Shown here piece by piece: positions 17,571 through 20,000 of a stretch of DNA of 20,000 nt. The stretch comes from an uncultured virus (IMG/VR IMGVR_UViG_3300050021_000838). Taxonomy: Duplodnaviria; Heunggongvirae; Uroviricota; Caudoviricetes. Under the pieces are notes generated by a model that saw only the letters and a list, made by a program, of their open reading frames with translations, ran no database searches and had not been told where the DNA came from. The position numbers and the translations under genes were made by a program. The stretch lies in IMG/VR virus record IMGVR_UViG_3300050021_000838. One strand, written 5' to 3'. Numbering within the stretch: position 1 is the first letter of the stretch; each line of letters starts with the position of its first letter.

Positions 17571-18305
17571 TTAATATTGAGAAAACTCGGCGTTTACAAT
17601 TTCTTCACCATTCTTATCTAATCTTATTTGTTTATAGTATAACTTACCCATGACTTCAGTTAGATTAACGCTACTTCTATTTTTTGATACAACTAAAACA
17701 AAGTAGTCACCTGGAAATAATAATTTAGAAAAAGCTCCATTTCCATCAACAGACAAATTTACTGTCCGATTATTGCGTTGGATTGCTAATGCTGCCCCAT
17801 TACATTTCCTATCTAAGGCATCAAATTTATCTTTTGTCTCAGCATTAAGTTCAGTTAGTTTTTCGTAACATTTGATTTTATAATCATCTTCACTCAACGA
17901 CAGCGTGGTCCTTACCAATTTAGCCATTGTGAAATTTTTAATAGAAAGTGTATCAATGTCACCTAAATCTTTATAGTTAATAATGTATACTTTTGCGCCA
18001 ACATCAGGTTTATATCCATAGTTACGATTAAAAAAATATGTCACTACTCCCTTTATAACTGCATCTTCTTTTATAACCGCATCCTCTTTAGGTTTTTCAA
18101 CAACAGAAGAATCAAAAATAATAGAGATAAGATCTTTCTCATTAAAAGTCATAACATTATTCTTGAATAAGAATTTTAGTTGACCCTTTTTAAATTCTGT
18201 TAATTTACCCTGAAATTTTTCACCAGATTTGAGTAGAAGAATATGCTGAGGAAATACATAAAGTGGTGAAATAATAAATATTAATAAAAAGATAGTCCTT
18301 TTCAT
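17571..18305 (-). CDS. Secreted protein with carboxypeptidase-regulatory-like beta-sandwich and helical insert
   Basis: Signal peptide. Motif VDGNGAFSKLLFPGDYFVLVVS. Internal 18-bp tandem duplication (KEDAVI x2, ~18052-18090). Confidence 0.75.
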   Translation of the reverse strand: MKRTIFLLIFIISPLYVFPQHILLLKSGEKFQGKLTEFKKGQLKFLFKNNVMTFNEKDLISIIFDSSVVEKPKEDAVIKEDAVIKGVVTYFFNRNYGYKPDVGAKVYIINYKDLGDIDTLSIKNFTMAKLVRTTLSLSEDDYKIKCYEKLTELNAETKDKFDALDRKCNGAALAIQRNNRTVNLSVDGNGAFSKLLFPGDYFVLVVSKNRSSVNLTEVMGKLYYKQIRLDKNGEEIVNAEFSQY

Positions 18306-18320
18306 GCAGACTCCATTACG

Positions 18321-18349
18321 AATTTATTTGTTAGAATATTATTTGTCAA
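18321..18349 (-). promoter_or_regulatory. Candidate sigma70 promoter
   Basis: TTGACA-17nt-TAAATT on the minus strand just upstream of ORF 17571..18305. Would give a very short leader. Confidence 0.35.
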
Positions 18350-18392
18350 TCTTTTCAGCAGTTAGAACCTCTTATAGTTAATTATTATGATA

Positions 18393-19046
18393 TTAGAATT
18401 TTCCACCTATTCCAAATTGAACTGATGCAGGACTCATAGTTCCAGTACCTAATTGAACATAAACATTATTAATTACAATCATGATTCCGCCACACAAACA
18501 ATAATTTTCTTCACTATTCTCTTTTACCCAGTAGCTTCCATTGTCCCCCAATATTTGAAATTTATCGTAGAATTGAATATAATGTTCTCGGTTAACATAG
18601 CCGATTCCACCATAGCCAAAAATATTCCTATAAATATTAAAATATGCACCTAAGATATAAAGCTCCGAATTTAAATCTTTTCCAGTCTGTCGATCATTCC
18701 AAACGCCCCCAGCAGTTCCAACGGAAATATTATCATAATAATTTTTATCATCGAAGCCTTTCGTTGATGTGGCAAACGAAAAAAACAAACCGAATTTGGA
18801 GTTGATAAACGCACCAGATAATCCTAGATAGGCATTCGGAATATCAATAAAATAACCCAAAAGAAGTCCTGGGGACATATTTGTATAATAACTTGGCTCA
18901 TCAATTTCAGAATGTTTAACGGTGCGAATAGTATGCTTAACTGTATCAGGTGCTGGGCTTGGTAACTCTCCCCTTGATTGAGATTTCAATGGACTTGTAA
19001 ATATTATTAAAATAATAATTAAACATAGAACAGATTTATTGTCCAT
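18393..19046 (-). CDS. Outer-membrane beta-barrel protein (small, probably 8-stranded)
   Basis: Signal peptide, alternating hydrophobic/aromatic strands, C-terminal beta-signal VQFGIGGKF. Confidence 0.8.
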   Translation of the reverse strand: MDNKSVLCLIIILIIFTSPLKSQSRGELPSPAPDTVKHTIRTVKHSEIDEPSYYTNMSPGLLLGYFIDIPNAYLGLSGAFINSKFGLFFSFATSTKGFDDKNYYDNISVGTAGGVWNDRQTGKDLNSELYILGAYFNIYRNIFGYGGIGYVNREHYIQFYDKFQILGDNGSYWVKENSEENYCLCGGIMIVINNVYVQLGTGTMSPASVQFGIGGKF

Positions 19047-19096
19047 ATCATTTCCTTCTCTATAGGTTTTAAACCAGATTATTTTCTCATCTCACT

Positions 19097-19555
19097 TTAA
19101 TTAATAACTTTAATTCCTAATACAGGATGAGCTTGAGCAATTAAATCATTTGTCAAGTCATCAATAAATCTGATTTTATATGCTTTCTTTTCTAAACAAG
19201 CGTGTGCGTCTGCAACAGCCGTTATCAACCTTTTTTTATCATAGTCGCTCATACTTATCCATAAAGAATGAGAAATAAAATATGTGCGATTTGTTTTATC
19301 AATTTTTGAAGTTAATTCGGACATATTATCTAAAACAAATCTCGACGCTTCTTCATCACAGGGGTCAGTAAATGTTTTTGTTTGATCCCCTGATTTTACA
19401 ATTTCGCTCTCATCTTTTTTGACTTTGTTTTCATTGGGTTGCTGTATTTTAACTGAATCCGTAATCGATTTTTCTACATACTTGTTATCATTTTTATTAC
19501 AGCCAAAGAAAGATAAAAAGATTACGATTGTTATAGGAAAAATTAATATTTTCAT
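19097..19555 (-). CDS. Hypothetical lipoprotein (152 aa)
   Basis: GGAG SD; lipobox FFGC followed by a charged linker. Confidence 0.8.
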   Translation of the reverse strand: MKILIFPITIVIFLSFFGCNKNDNKYVEKSITDSVKIQQPNENKVKKDESEIVKSGDQTKTFTDPCDEEASRFVLDNMSELTSKIDKTNRTYFISHSLWISMSDYDKKRLITAVADAHACLEKKAYKIRFIDDLTNDLIAQAHPVLGIKVIN

Positions 19556-19621
19556 TTTTACTCCAATATCAGTTTGATGTATAATGGCGCTGTTAATCTA
19601 AATTAAGAATTAGCAAACCTT

Positions 19622-19876
19622 TTAACGTTTAATCCAAGGTTGCGCATTACCTTTTCTTTTTCCCTTTTTTATTTTCTGAGTATTTGAAGCATACTTTGAT
19701 AAATTTTTACCAATAACTGATTTCCATCCATTTCCAATTCCCGAAACTATATTATAAAAAGCCCGATCTTTTATTTTTAATATATCTATGAAATCATATG
19801 TATCAAAATCTAAAGTTTTTATGCTTTTTATACATCGTTCGATTAATTTAAAATTTACTGGTGGATATTTCCTCAT
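19622..19876 (-). CDS. Small basic hypothetical protein (84 aa)
   Basis: AAGGA SD; Lys/Arg-rich; co-oriented with the array. Confidence 0.6.
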   Translation of the reverse strand: MRKYPPVNFKLIERCIKSIKTLDFDTYDFIDILKIKDRAFYNIVSGIGNGWKSVIGKNLSKYASNTQKIKKGKRKGNAQPWIKR

Positions 19877-20000
19877 AACTTTCCTTTTAATTATTCCTTG
19901 GGATTACCTTAATAGAAAAATCGTATAAATTTCCTTTTGTTGGTTTAACTTTAATTTTAAAACCCTTTATTTTATCTATAAACGTTGAATATGCATCATA

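Noticed and set aside
11348..18653. Other short track ORFs (11348..11566, 12425..12622, 12764..12991, 13010..13195, 13192..13386, 16474..16698, 16973..17179, 18453..18653)
   Set aside because: Antisense overlaps or low-complexity AT-rich ORFs lacking an SD and recognisable domains.
14984..19876. Integron cassette array
   Set aside because: Isolated RYYYAAC-like words occur (e.g. ~16306-16312), but no paired GTTRRRY core or attC hairpins and no intI are visible.
1..20000. CRISPR array or rRNA
   Set aside because: No regularly spaced short repeats, cas motifs or rRNA-like sequence seen.

Overview
The window has three parts. (1) Positions 1-~2800 are a phage-like block, roughly low-40s % GC by eye. 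It has tightly coupled short minus-strand ORFs, a phage-type ATP-dependent DNA ligase and two atypical tRNA genes: a CCA-anticodon (Trp) tRNA on a Tyr-like long-variable-arm body, and a Glu-like tRNA with an 8-nt anticodon loop. (2) Positions ~2840-14840 are an AT-rich (~30% GC by eye) defence/mobile island. It holds a Type III restriction-modification pair (mod with a G9 tract, res) and a two-gene unit of a beta-clamp-like protein plus a PD-(D/E)xK-type protein. It also holds a 5'-truncated IS1-family element whose putative right end encloses a DUF3467-like/antitoxin/MazF trio, and a PIN-like gene with a small partner. (3) Positions ~14980-19880 are a co-oriented array of lipoprotein, secreted and outer-membrane genes (PEGA, PDZ, beta-barrel), which implies a diderm host. 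Two copies of a ~100-130 bp intergenic repeat punctuate the array. No phage structural genes, integrase or CRISPR array are visible, so the replicon type (prophage edge, large phage or plasmid) cannot be settled here. All family calls come from motif recognition by eye, not database searches.
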